This document shows, in pieces, positions 39,000-50,869 of a stretch of DNA of 64,000 nt. This DNA comes from Ginglymostoma cirratum. Its lineage: Eukaryota. The stretch spans positions 6,631,887 through 6,695,886 of the forward strand of contig JAHRHZ010000038.1 of the NCBI GenBank assembly GCA_024137785.1, given 5' to 3'. The position numbers and the translations under genes are program-made. The notes below the pieces were generated by a model. It did not search any database. It was given only the letters and a program-made list of their open reading frames with translations, and was not told the DNA's origin. Within the stretch, counting starts at the first letter, position 1. Each line of letters begins with the position of its first letter.

Positions 39000-39797
39000 T
39001 TGGAGTGGAATCTCCCGAGCCCTTGAATGATATTGGCCATGGCACGAAATTTGGGAAAATTGAGGTCCTAGCACTATAATCAAAGACAGCCTCTGTTATC
39101 AATCCAGGGGCTTTGGCTGTGGTAACTGGCTGGTCAGAGCAGGCAGGGTCAGGGCTGTCCCCTTATAAGGCGTGAGGAGCCGAATGTGTGACATCCCACC
39201 ACCCATCTTGGCTCCTTCTGCCCTACAAGAGGTGTTTTGCTTCTGAAATGAGACAAAGGGAGGGAGATGAAAGTGACTGGCACAGCTGTTAATGCTGGTA
39301 CAGGTGGGAAAGGTGTTGAGGTGACCCGAGTAAATTGAAGGCAGAGATGCCATGCAGGGTTAGTTGGGCAGGGGCTATTGCGTGGGTGAGAGCAAACTGA
39401 AGGAAGATGCTGCATGCAAAGTGGAATATGGTAGAGTGTGAGCTTTGGTGGGAGTTCAGTTCAGTAGCAGAGATTGAGTGAGTACCTAGGGCAAGTTAAT
39501 CAAACTATGCAGGGCAACCCTGGAATGAGCGTACATGACCAGGTACAGAATAGCCTTTTTAAATAAGGGTCAGTGCCAGGGATCCTGGATATCCTGGCAG
39601 TGGCGAGTGCTTTCACCTACTCTGAGTGGGAGAACTGTGCTAACATCAGATGAAAAGGGGGTCACAAGGGTGTGGTACCGAGTTATGGAGGAGACTTTGG
39701 ACGACGGCATGAGAAATCTCATTAGAACTTGCAGCAGGAAACCCAACACGAAACTCACCAAAATGCTACTTAGCTGATTTCTGGTAAAATTTAGCCT
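39000..39797 (-). mobile_element. Internally deleted Harbinger relic with Myb-gene exon 2
   Basis: Minus strand tttcAG|KQNTSCRAEGAKMGGGMSHIRLLTPYKGTAL starting at 39242 (cf. EK.AHN..ER.KTGGG....LTP.E..AL); end ggtaaaatttagcc. Confidence 0.6.
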
Positions 39798-39964
39798 TGA
39801 TGTCAGAAAAATGTGACGGGTAGAGTCAGAAATAGGGAGGGGCAGAGCAAATCTAAAATGACGTAAAAATAGTTTTGTTCAGAAAAGATGTGGTGAGGCA
39901 TCTGAATAGATGATGTTAATCAGAGCAGAACAAACAGACAGTCCTCGATATTGGCGGCTCTTTG

Positions 39965-40192
39965 ACCGGTCCGTCTTCTCTCACACCTATCCGCTCCACT
40001 ATCCACCTTCTATCACTGCCCCCACTCTCTCTATTTGTTTTAGAGCCCCCTTCCCCTCCCCCATTTCTGAAGAAGTGTGCAGATTCGAAAAGTCAGCTTT
40101 CCTGCTCCTCTGACTGCCTGGCCTGCTGTGTTCCTCCAGCTCCATACTGTGTTATCTCAGACTCCAACATTGGCAGTTCCTACTATCTCTCA
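39965..40192 (+). mobile_element. Older PLE family-A terminal fragment
   Basis: Diverged copy of 13085-13297; core CTGAAGA (40067)...GAAAAGTC is decayed. Confidence 0.8.
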
Positions 40193-41019
40193 GACAGTGG
40201 GCTGTTATGCTTACAAGTGTATGGGCATACATCACTTGTTTGTTTACCAGGATGATTTTTATGTCCAATAATAAATTAATTAGAGTTTCTAAAACTAGAT
40301 TCTCAAATCTGTTAATTACTAATATTGGCAGAAGCTAAACATTACAAGGACAAGATAAATTAAGATGAAAATGGACATAACCCAGATGCAAAGAAGTGCT
40401 TAAATGTGGCCAAAGTTTAGAAAACAAGAAGACGAAGCAGGGAGTACCAGGTAGTTTGTACTAATTCAATGGCAGTAAGAAGATTTATAGATTATTATTA
40501 TATTTAATTATATTGAATTCTTCATCACGTCACTGTGGAGAAAGCCAAAACTCGACTATAATCATTGTAAAGCGATAGAAGACAGCATAGTATGTGAAAT
40601 ATCAGTGGCATCAATGTTTGGTAAAGACTTTTGCTAAATTGCAGTTAGCACAGCAATACTGGGATTTCCATGTTGCTAACAGACAACTTTCTAAAGTGTA
40701 GCAATGCATTTGGGTCCTGAGCTATTTGATTAAAATAAAACACTATGGTACGTTGTAACCACAGAATCTCCAGTAGGAACAACTTACCTGATATGGAAGC
40801 CCTAACAGCTTACTGCACTTGTAGGATTGCAAATAAGTTGAAGTCCAACTGTAATTTATAACCCTTAATTGTGATCACAATAATCAGTTGTGACTTAAAT
40901 CTTCAGACACTCTCTGATCTTACCAGTCCAGGTTGAAAAATGATGCTGAATTACCTAATTTTCAATGCTCATCAAGTACTTCTATTACTTTTGTGAGGAT
41001 ACAGACCTTTTGAGCAATA

Positions 41020-41345
41020 TCTCTAAGTGCAAATACAAATCCCTTTGTGGCCTCTCAAATCCTTAACTCTCTAATTTCCAAGATTTCCACAACCCTTGGA
41101 CATCTGTGCTTTCTAATCCTGTTTTTTTGAGAATTCCTGAATTTAATTTGACCACCATCGGTGGCCATGCCTTTAGCTGCAAAACTCCGGACTTAACTTC
41201 CTAAGACATTATACCTTGTTACCTTTGTTTCACGTATTCGTGCTCTTTAACTATATCTTTTCAACCAAGCATTTGGTGGTATGCCTAACATTGCTTTCAT
41301 TTTATAATGCTCCTATGAAATGCTTAGGCTGTTTTAATACAAGTT
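41020..41345 (+). mobile_element. L2-like LINE 3' remnant
   Basis: accatcggtggccatgcctttagctgc and tail ctcctatgaaatgcttagg...atacaagttcctgttgt. Confidence 0.55.
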
Positions 41346-42189
41346 CCTGTTGTGCTTTAAAGGTATGGGAACAGGTAATAATTCAACCTGTACACTAGAT
41401 GGTGCTGCTTTAGGAAAACGCAGAATGACAGTCAGTTCACTTCAATGATGTAGCAATCACCTTGCTACAGTAATTTCCTCTTTGAGACTCACCACCCACT
41501 CTTCTTTACATTTACTTTTTGGAATTCTTCCTCAAATTACTTCTGTTTTCTACTTCTGTCACTTCTTCAGAGGCTTCTTTAGAAATAAATAATTTTAATC
41601 ATGCTTTATTCTCATTGCAATCCTCTCTGTCTACTACTTGATGTCCTCCGTTAACCCTCAATCTGTCCTTAGATTTTCTAGTAGTGACTGCTAATCCAGG
41701 CAAGCTGACATATGGTAGCACAGTTCACGTCGAGTAAGAGTCAGTCAGAGTGGGATATCTTGCATCGCTGTACTCACTGGAAACAGGTCAGTAACTAACC
41801 AAAAATGAAGGTGTTGGATATCTCCTTATTCCTGCTTGGCTGCAGTTTTATTGGGGGTTTTCAGCCTACTAGTTGAGTTATCTCCATGGGATCTGGTGGA
41901 AGTCTTATTAAACTGTACAAAGCAGGATCCTACAATTACCTGAGTGAGCATTATGGGCACTCTGCTGGCATGCTAGTTTGGTTAACTTTTGGCCTGTTTG
42001 TTATTACATCAGCTTGGAGCAAAACACAGAAGGATGTGCTTATTTGGCACTCTCCAGTACCTTGGTTAATGAGATGTGATTCTTGAAATGGTATGACCAC
42101 CTGCTTGCAGTTTTGACAGCTGGCCAGTATCTCTGTTAGTCAGCCACTCAAAAGTTAAAATCTTCCCAAAGTGTTCAGGCTGAACTGCA

Positions 42190-42540
42190 CAAGCCAGGCC
42201 TTGAGTATATATTCCCAACTCATGTTGCAGTCCAGTATTGAAAGCATGCTGCAATATTGGAGTTGCTGCCCTTCAGATAGACTTTGGAACTTTGGTTCTG
42301 TCTGTTGATTTCTGTGATTCAAGTGATATTGAGCATCAATTTGCTTGATTTTAGATTAATAACAGTTCCTCCTAGTTTCTCAGCCAACATTCCCATCAAA
42401 CAACATCATTACAATCAAATGAACTGACCATTCAACTCACTGCTTTTAGGTGACCATTTTTGCCTATACACCTGTAACGACATTCAAAGTAGTTCATTGT
42501 ATGCAAACCATTTTGAATCATTTCTGAGAAACATTAATTC
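42190..42540 (+). mobile_element. Decayed DeuSINE-like element
   Basis: ccagtattgaaagcatgctgcaatattggagttgctgcccttcagat...gccaacattcccatcaaacaacatca. Confidence 0.5.
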
Positions 42541-43449
42541 ATACCTTTCTTTTTGGATTTGATTCTTAGTATGAACTAAATAACTGATCCCAACCAATTG
42601 GTGTTATAAACGTTGCAATTAACCTCAACTGTCCCCATTAACTGAAGGAGGAACAAAAAACCCACACTGGGTTTCTACTCCTCATTACTAACCAATAACT
42701 GTGGCAAGAAAGAACAGGCTTTAGGATACTGAGTGAAGAATGAACTGTGATTCAACTCCGCAGTTGAACATCCTGCTGGTAGTCTGACCTGGATTTTCCC
42801 ATTTATGTTATTTAAATCCACACTAGATTTTCAGTATTGAGAGAAAAAAACCATCAGATTACCTGGCTTTGAATGAGAAAAATGGGACAAAGTTTAACCA
42901 ATAGTCCAGATGCGTAGAATAGGGTGTGTTTTCATCTACATTGACAAAAAAAATCTAAAAATGAAGACACAAGTTCTAACTCTTTAGAGACACTATTGAA
43001 AGTAATTAACTGCATGTTTATATTTTGCTCACATTTTGCTTTAAGTAGGTGCTGACTATGTTTTACAAATTGTGAATCCATATCCTTCAGTGAATGTTGT
43101 ACAAGCCCCAACCCTCCCCTCCACTTGTGGCACAGCATATTAAGTATGTCTGTAAAATTCTCAAAGAGTGCGTTGAAAGAAAAAAAAATTAAGTACTAGA
43201 TGTTTGACTTGGGGCACAACTTTTACTTTGTGAATTCAAACGTTCATATGCGTATACAATTTAAGAAGAGGAGGGAAATTATTAAAGTAATTAGTCTAAA
43301 TATTTGGTAATAATGTTAATAAAAGATGAAGCAAGTTGTTCTCCATTAGCAGAAACATTTTTATAAATAGTTTGCAAAAAATAATTTGTGCAGTTTAAAC
43401 TATTTCTTTGCAGATTAAAAAATGTCTTTTGTATTTTTGACAATCTCTG

Positions 43450-43598
43450 GATAAATAAAACAAAGATCTGCAGATGATGGAATTCAGAAGCAAAAGCAAA
43501 AATTGCTGGAGCAACTCAGCAGGTCTGGCATCATCTGTGGAAAGAAAGCAGAGTGAACATTTCGAGTCCAGAGACCCTTCTTCATATGCTGCCAGACC
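43450..43598 (-). mobile_element. PLE family-B terminal fragment with short inverted stub
   Basis: aaattgctggagcaactcagcaggtctggcatcatctgtgg...tttcgagtccagagacccttcttca, then atgctgccagaccta. Confidence 0.75.
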
Positions 43599-43648
43599 TA
43601 CTGACATTCTATACATGTCTGTTTTACATGCCTGGCTAAGACAGTCAT

Positions 43649-46600
43649 GGTCCAAAATTCAGATCGGTAGTGCTTGGTGTTTGGGTGTCATGAGTGCTGT
43701 CTGAGGTCTAAAATGCCACCCTATGTGCAGACGCAGATACATACACTTTTATGTGTATTGCTCTGGATGTCGTAGTAGTAAGGATATTAGCCTGCACACA
43801 GCGAGTAGCTACTGGAAGTGAGCAGAGCAGCAGATCATGACATTAGTCAGAATGAAACACTGATGCCAGCAGTGCCATTTTGAAAGTTAACACTTCAGGT
43901 AACACCCACTCTTAAATGCACAGAGGAGAACATGAAGGAAGGACACGCATCACTGCTATTTTAAAATATACCATCAGCCGCTTACAAAACAGTTGCTGGC
44001 TGATTTCTTCTGGTTGTTGATTCTACAAGTATTTCTCTCTTTCGAGGATTGTTTAAAGTTGACAAAGTCTACCAGGAGTGACGTTGTAGGTAATCAACCA
44101 GTTTTTTCTGACTTCATAGCCTCTGCACTCCCAGTCATGGCTGCTATTTCCATTGGAATACAATGTAACTTGCAGAATGTACAGACACCGCACAATCAAT
44201 GACAAGCTACAGGATGAAGAGGAAGAGGGTTCTCAGCAGAGGGCCTCATCCGTTTGTGGTTTGTCAGCAATTCTCCAACATGAGGCTCAGTGAGCAACAG
44301 CATGAGAGACATCTGTGCCTCCCTAAGGAAGTTGTCATTGAAATCTTCCATCTGCTGCAACTTGTTAATCTGTTGCACTGACAGGCAAGAGCAGTAATGA
44401 ATCAGCAGAGATAGGAAGAAGAATGCTGCCTTCCTGAGAGAAGATTGCAGGTTATGTTTCCTGGAGTTACTGCCACTCCCCTTGGGTTGCTATCTCAGCA
44501 ATCGTAGTTATCTGTTACAAAATAGATTAGTGAACTACTGTGACCCTCTGAAAGTTCCTTTATACATTGTTGTCATCCTGAGTGTGGATTGCAGTCTTGT
44601 CTTGCATGACAGCCATTTCAACTTCCAATACAACACTCTAACTACTGTTGGAAGCAACTTGGGATTTTACGGAAACTGATGTATTAGTTCCCCAATATGG
44701 AATCATAGTTGTGTGCACAAGCTCTGCTGAATGAATTGGCCATCACTTTCACTCTGGAAAGGATGGGCTCCAAGCTCTGCAAGCACCAAGTTGGAACTAA
44801 ATTTCTCAATGCTTCTTGACATTGACTGCAGGTTTTTGGACAGACTTCCCAATGCATAATGTATTTTGTTATGCATATCTAACAGCTCTCTTCTGTCAGC
44901 TAACCTATGAAAGTGTTTATCTGAATTATGTGCAGCAGAGATTATGTGTGACCTTGCCCTTTGATGAGCTGCCATTCTCACCTGTACCCTGACTGCAGGA
45001 CAATAATGTCCTATGTCTCATCACGTGAAAGCTTCACCATTAAGCTCTCCTCACTTCTTACTGTTCTGCCACTGCCGAGCCAGGTTGGAAATCTTAACTA
45101 CACAAAAGGAGAAAGGTGAAAATGTAAGGTTGTGGTGCAGTCAGAGAAAGAGGTGCACACTTATACCATCTGCAGCTTGTAAAACAAAGTGTGGGATGAG
45201 GAGTAAGTGCAATGTAAGAAGGATAATTGGATATGAGGATACCATCAGCTTGAATTATTCCAGTGAATCTATTGGCCACAACCATAGCAATGGACATCTC
45301 TACAAAGACCAACGCCATCTCCTCCATGGAGTTCAGGAAATTCAGGCATACTTGCCCCCCTTCAATTAGTTCCTGGTTCCTCCAGGTGAGTATCATGTTG
45401 TCCTGCAAGAAAGTGTGAAGTATGCCAGTGAGTATTTTCCAATCAGTTTGGGTAATATGACTATCATAATTAAATAGCTGGCAGTGTGCACAAAGGTTTG
45501 CAATGGTATTAAGTATGCAAGGATATAGTGAACTTATAAATGTTATGTCTGAGTTCCCATTAATAGATTCCTTGTAAGGGATTTTACAAGTGTCTGAAGC
45601 TAGTGTTGCAATTGGTTGGGTATGGCATTTGAAGATCCATTCACTGACATTGACCATTTTTTGTGAGGTCAACAAAAGTCTTGCAGCATTACAGTTGGTT
45701 CCTTGGGACTTGACTCATGGCATTGATCTTCATGAAGGAGAGAAGTAATAATGGGAAACAAGGAAATGATGGAGGAACTGAATAGGTACTTTGCGTTAGT
45801 ATTCATGGTGGAAAACACCAGTTACATACCAGAACTTCAAGAGAGGCAAGGCAGAGGTGAGTGTAGTGACCTTCACAAAGCAGAAGGTGTCGGAGAAGCT
45901 GAAGGGTCGAAAGGTGGATAAATCATTTGGACCAGATGGACTATATCTCAGGGATTCTGAAGGAGATAGCTGAGGAGATTGTAGAGGCATTGGTGGTGAT
46001 CTTTCAGGAATGACTGGAGTCATGGAGGATCTCAGAGGACTGGAAAATGGCCAATGTACTCTCCTATTTAAGAAGGGAGAGAGGCAGAAGACAAGAAACT
46101 ATAGGCCAGTTAACCTTACCTGGCTTTGTCAAAGGGAGGTCATGCCTGACAAATCTGTTAGAATTCTTTGAGGAGGTAACAGCAAGTTAGACAAAGGAGA
46201 GCCAGCGGACATGATCTATTTGGATTTCCAGAAGCCTTTGACAAGGTGCTGCACAGGAGGCTGCTAAGTAAAGAGTCCATAATATTAGGGGCAAGCTACT
46301 GGCATAGATAGAGGTTTGGCTGACTGGCAGAAAGCAGAGGGTGGGGACCAAGGGTAGCAATTGGTGACTTGTGAAGTTCCTCAAGAATCCATATTGGGAC
46401 CATAACTATTCATGTTATACATTAACAATCTGAATAAAGGAACTGAGGGCACCGTTGCTTAGTTTGCAGATGACACAAAGATAGATGGAGGGATAGGTAA
46501 CGTTGAGGAAAGAGGGAGGCTACAGAAGGATTTGGACAGGCTAGAAGAGTGGACAAAGAAGTGGCAGACAGAATTCAACATGGGAAAGTGAGGTTATGCA

Positions 46601-47777
46601 CTTTGGTAAGAAGAATAGAGGTGCAGACTATTGTCTAAACGGGGAAAGGTTTTGGAAATCTGAAGCTCAAAGAGACTTGTGAGTCCTAGTTCAGGATTCT
46701 CTTAAGGCTACTTTGCAGGTTAGTTGGCAGTGAGGAAAGCAAATGCAATGTTAGCATTCACTTTAAGAGGGCTAGAATACAAGAGGAGAGATGTATTATT
46801 GAGGGTCTGGTCAAACTGAATTTAGAATATTGTGAGCAGTTTTTGGCCCAGTATCTAAGGAATGACGTGTTGGCATTGGAGGAGATCCAGATGAAGTTTA
46901 CAAGAATGATCTCAGGGATGGGGTAGTTGAGGACTCTGGGTCTGTACTCAATGGAGTTTAGAAATCTATGCAGGGGGAAGATTTGATTGAAACATATAGA
47001 ATACTGAGAGGCGTTGATAGAGTGGACGTGGAGAAGATATTTTCACTAGTAGGAGAGACTAGGACCTGAGACCACAGCCTCAGAGCCCAGCTGTTTGGAA
47101 CTGAGATGAGGAGGAATTTCTTCATTCAAAGGGTGGTGAATCTGTGGAACTCATTGCCACAGAAGGCTGTGGAGGCCAAGTCATTGAGTATATTTCAGAC
47201 AGAGTTAAATAGGCTCTTGATTAGTAATGGGATCAAAGGCAATAGGGAGAAGGCAGGAGAATGGGATTGAGAAACATATCAGCCAGGATAGAATAGCAGA
47301 GAAAACTTGATGGGCTGAATGGCCCAATTCTGCTCCCATATCTTATGGTCTCATGACTATCTGCTCCAACTCATAACATTCTGAATGCATGGCCGGGGTT
47401 CTCCAGGCTGCCTGCAGATTCAGGACATTGCTCCTCATTTCCAAATCTTTTATGAAAGTGTCCAGTGCAGAATCTGAATACCTTGGACCCCGCTTCCTTT
47501 AAAGTTGTGTCATCATTAACTCTTTTACAGGTCAGGTGCACTTCCTACATATACTTGTTCCAGCCACAGTACACCTCTCATTTAAGAGATTTAGGCTAGC
47601 CTTAAGGAGTAGAGGTCAACTTTAAATGGTGATTGTAACTCATGATATTAGTCTCTTTCCTGAGATGTCCAGCCAATTGACAAGGCTGTTAACACTAACA
47701 GAATGCTAAAATGATTTCACAAAGTGCTGTTGTCATAAGTGTGTTTTAATTGCCTATGACAATCTAATTTTTGGCTA
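43649..47777. mobile_element. Decayed two-gene PIF/Harbinger transposon: transposase remnant (+) convergent with a spliced Myb/SANT gene (-)
   Basis: 44199-44381 reads ...LSEQQHERHLCLPKEVVIEIFHLLQ (HARBI1-like N-terminus). Minus strand from 47513 reads MTQL*RKRGPRYSDSALDTFIKDLEMRSNVL. Degenerate TIRs at 43649-43666 and 47760-47777 (12/18 match). Confidence 0.75.
45736..47350 (+). mobile_element. 5'-truncated CR1 LINE inserted in the Harbinger Myb exon
   Basis: YLDFQK(A)FDKV at ~46218, FADDTK at 46463, tail tcttatggtc; TSD TCATGA at 45730-45735 and 47351-47356. Confidence 0.93.
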
Positions 47778-48149
47778 TCAATGTTAAACACCTCATATTT
47801 TTAAAGCAATAACCATTTAATCCCTCACTCCTGACATGACCCTAACTGTCCCTCATGTTCTCCATGATAATACATATGCCACACCCATCCCCTGGCTCCT
47901 GATGCACTTCATGCCTACTAAATGCCAATTTGTCTTCTATCCATCCTCAAAGGCCTTTACTATCTGTCATATCAACTTGATATAGAAATGACCCCACCTA
48001 CAAAATCCATGGTTCCTTCTACTCTCCATGTCATCTCTACACCTACTGACTCCAGTATCCAACACAAGTAGAGCTCATGAGATTCACAAAGTTGGAAAAA
48101 TTAACAATCTAATTCTACTCTCTTCTACACACTATCAAATTAAAAAGAA

Positions 48150-48725
48150 GTTCACACTGATTAAAAATCTATCACAGCCTTAAATGTGTCTAATGACCTG
48201 GTCTCAACAGCACTTGTCAATGAAGAATTTCACAGGTTTGTTACTCTCTGAGACAAGAAATTCTTCCTCATATCCATCTTAAATGTGCAACCCCTTATAC
48301 TGGGATTATGCCCTTTCATCCTAGGCCCTCCCATATGGGGACACAACCTCTCCATATCTACCCTGTCAAGCTCCATAAAATCTTCTGAGGAAGTGCATCT
48401 GAAACAGTCCTGCGGAAAGGTCACTTGACCCGAAATGTTAACTCTGGTTTCTCTCCACAGAAACTGCCCAACCTGCTGAGCTTTTCTAGCAATTTCTGTT
48501 TTTGTGCCCATAAAATCTTGTATATTTAACTAAGGTTGCCTCTCATTCTTCTAAATTCCAACGAGTATAGGCCCAACATACTTAACCTTTCCACATAAGA
48601 CAGTCCCTCCGTACCCAGTGAACCTTCCCTGATTGCCTTAAATGGCAATATATCTTTCCTTAGATAAAGTTCCAAAAGGTGTTCACAGTATTCCCGCTTT
48701 GGTGTGACTAGTGCCTTGTATAGTT
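48150..48725 (-). mobile_element. CR1 LINE 3' fragment, interrupted by a PLE piece
   Basis: Minus ORF FMELDRVDMERLCP...KGH...FKMDMRKNFLSQRVTNL. Confidence 0.85.
48385..48507 (+). mobile_element. PLE family-B short insertion with 12-bp TSD
   Basis: CCATAAAATCTT at 48373-48384 and 48508-48519. Confidence 0.88.
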
Positions 48726-49424
48726 AAGCTTTTATTATAAATAAATTCTATTTAGACCCCATATCAAAGACATTTAATCTATTAATAGTCTGCCTCCTTA
48801 AGCTGTCAATCAAGCAATGTACTCAGGACACCCTGCGAAGATTTAGGTTTTGAATCACAGCCAAGCATTCATAATGATGTTATCTTAGCTGTTGGGGAAA
48901 TGTCAGCAAAGAGTTTAATTGAAACTGCACAGCCAGATGCTACTTGTTTTTTCTAAGCTATACCTGGCAATCAAAGAAGTCTGTCACAGTATTATGATCC
49001 CAGCTGATGGTGATATTGGACAAGTAAGATCCTCGAGTGAAACCTGGCTTGAGGACCAAAAGTTTTAACTTTTTTTTGATTACCATGAAGGTTAGTTGAT
49101 GAACATATTTACAAAAGGTTGCCAATGTACTTTTAACAAAATAACATAGACGTTTATTTCACAAGAAAAACAAAAACTACGTAATAATACAGAAGAACTA
49201 ATAAAATAACAAACATCAGGAAAAAATATTTAGCCCTTTTATCATAGCAAGCAATATTTTTAAAAACACTTAAACCTCAGTGAAGAGTCATGTCTATCTC
49301 CTGTCTATCTCATCCAGCTGGCATGTTAATATTATTCTGTTAAGATCACTTCCTGAGACCCCCAGAACAAACAGCAAACTCAGCTCACCATTACTAACTT
49401 GGGTTCTCTAAACTCATAGAGAAG

Positions 49425-49927
49425 TGCGACCTTGGTGGTAATATCACTGGGCTAGTAATCTAGACCCCAGGTTTTAAATCAAGTCCCGCCATGACTGTTG
49501 GTGAAACTTTGAATTCAATAAAAATCTTGACTAAAAACTAATCTAATTGTGACTGTAGCTATTGTCAATTGTCATTAAAAATCCACCTGTCCTTCAGGGA
49601 GGGAAATCTGGTAACTCCTGACTAGTATCAATTGGTTAACTCTTCACTGGAGAGATAGCAAGAACTGCAGATGCTATCAGAGTCAACAGAGAGCTGGAGG
49701 AGCACTGCAGGTGAGGCAGCATCAGAAGAGCAGGAAAGTTGATGTTTCAGGTCCTGATGAAGGGTCCTGACCCGAAACTTAATCTTTCCTGCTCCTCTGA
49801 TGCAGTCTGACCTGCTGTGTTCCTCCAGTTCCACACTGCAATAACTCTTCACTGCATCCTGGCAGTTAGGGATAAGCAATAAATACTGGCCCAAACAGTG
49901 ATACCTACATCTCATGAATGAATTTTA
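49425..49927 (+). mobile_element. SINE sharing the 3' tail of the CR1/L2-group LINE, interrupted by a PLE fold-back
   Basis: Head ggtggtaatatcactgggctagtaatc; tail ggcagttagggataagcaataaatactggcc...atgaatgaat. Confidence 0.65.
49650..49841. mobile_element. PLE family-A fold-back insertion with 13-bp TSD and hammerhead-like core
   Basis: TAACTCTTCACTG at 49637-49649 and 49842-49854; CTGATGA-aGGGTCctGACCC-GAAAC at 49754-49778. Confidence 0.85.
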
Positions 49928-50869
49928 AACTGGCCTTATTTTGCTTCCTAAAGTGTTTACATTTACTCTAGCAATTCATGAATTCCACATTGTGGGTTAA
50001 GGATCTTTAATCAGAACTGAACACAAATGGTTCTTCTGAGTTTGGGCTTTCTACCTGTGAGAATCATTGCTCGACCTGTAAAAATTGGATCTGTTGGAAA
50101 TAGGATGGGACTTGGGCATATGGGTCCCACCCTCCAGTTTTAAACATCCATGGGGTTTTCAAAATTTTGTAAAACTTCAACCCTATGCTGCCGAGTTCCA
50201 GACTCTAGCCAGGGGTGCAACCTCTCAACATCCATTTTGCCAAGCCAAATTAGAATAATGCATCTTAATGAAATCATCTCTCATTTTTGTAAACTCCAGA
50301 GAATATAGGCCTGATTTACTCTTCTCTTAGGACAATGCTTTCATTCCAGAATCAATTTTACAATGACATTAATTCTGTGCAATTACATTGTCAAATCAGT
50401 TTATTTATTGTCAAACATTACTTGTAAGAAGCAAACACCTTAAGACATTGAAGTAAATTTCAAAGGTACTTTGGTATCATAGCTTCTTGCACTATTGTAT
50501 CTCAGTAGTTAGTGTTTATTCTTCAATTTTGTGGAAAACAGTTACAATATGTTGTTATTAATTGTGTTTTAAAATTGACTAATTTGATACCTGATTACTA
50601 AATACAATTCTATCATAAAAATTGTGTCACTGAAGCAAGCACCCACTTCTGTCACAAATGTTTATTGCGCATTTAATGCATCACCTTTTGAGTCAGAAAC
50701 AAAATATGATGTCAAACAATGTTAAACCATTGCATGCATAACTTGGAAGTTATATTGTTAAAAGAGACGTTCTGCATAGAAATGTTAGAATACTATAATA
50801 ATATAATAGTTAGAAAGGCATCAATGACAATAGTTAGTTATTCCAGACGTAATCCCCTCTAAGAGTTCA

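Noticed and set aside
45094-45675. 193-aa minus-strand ORF as an independent gene
   Set aside because: It is Harbinger Myb-gene exon 2 plus flanking intron sequence that is open by chance.
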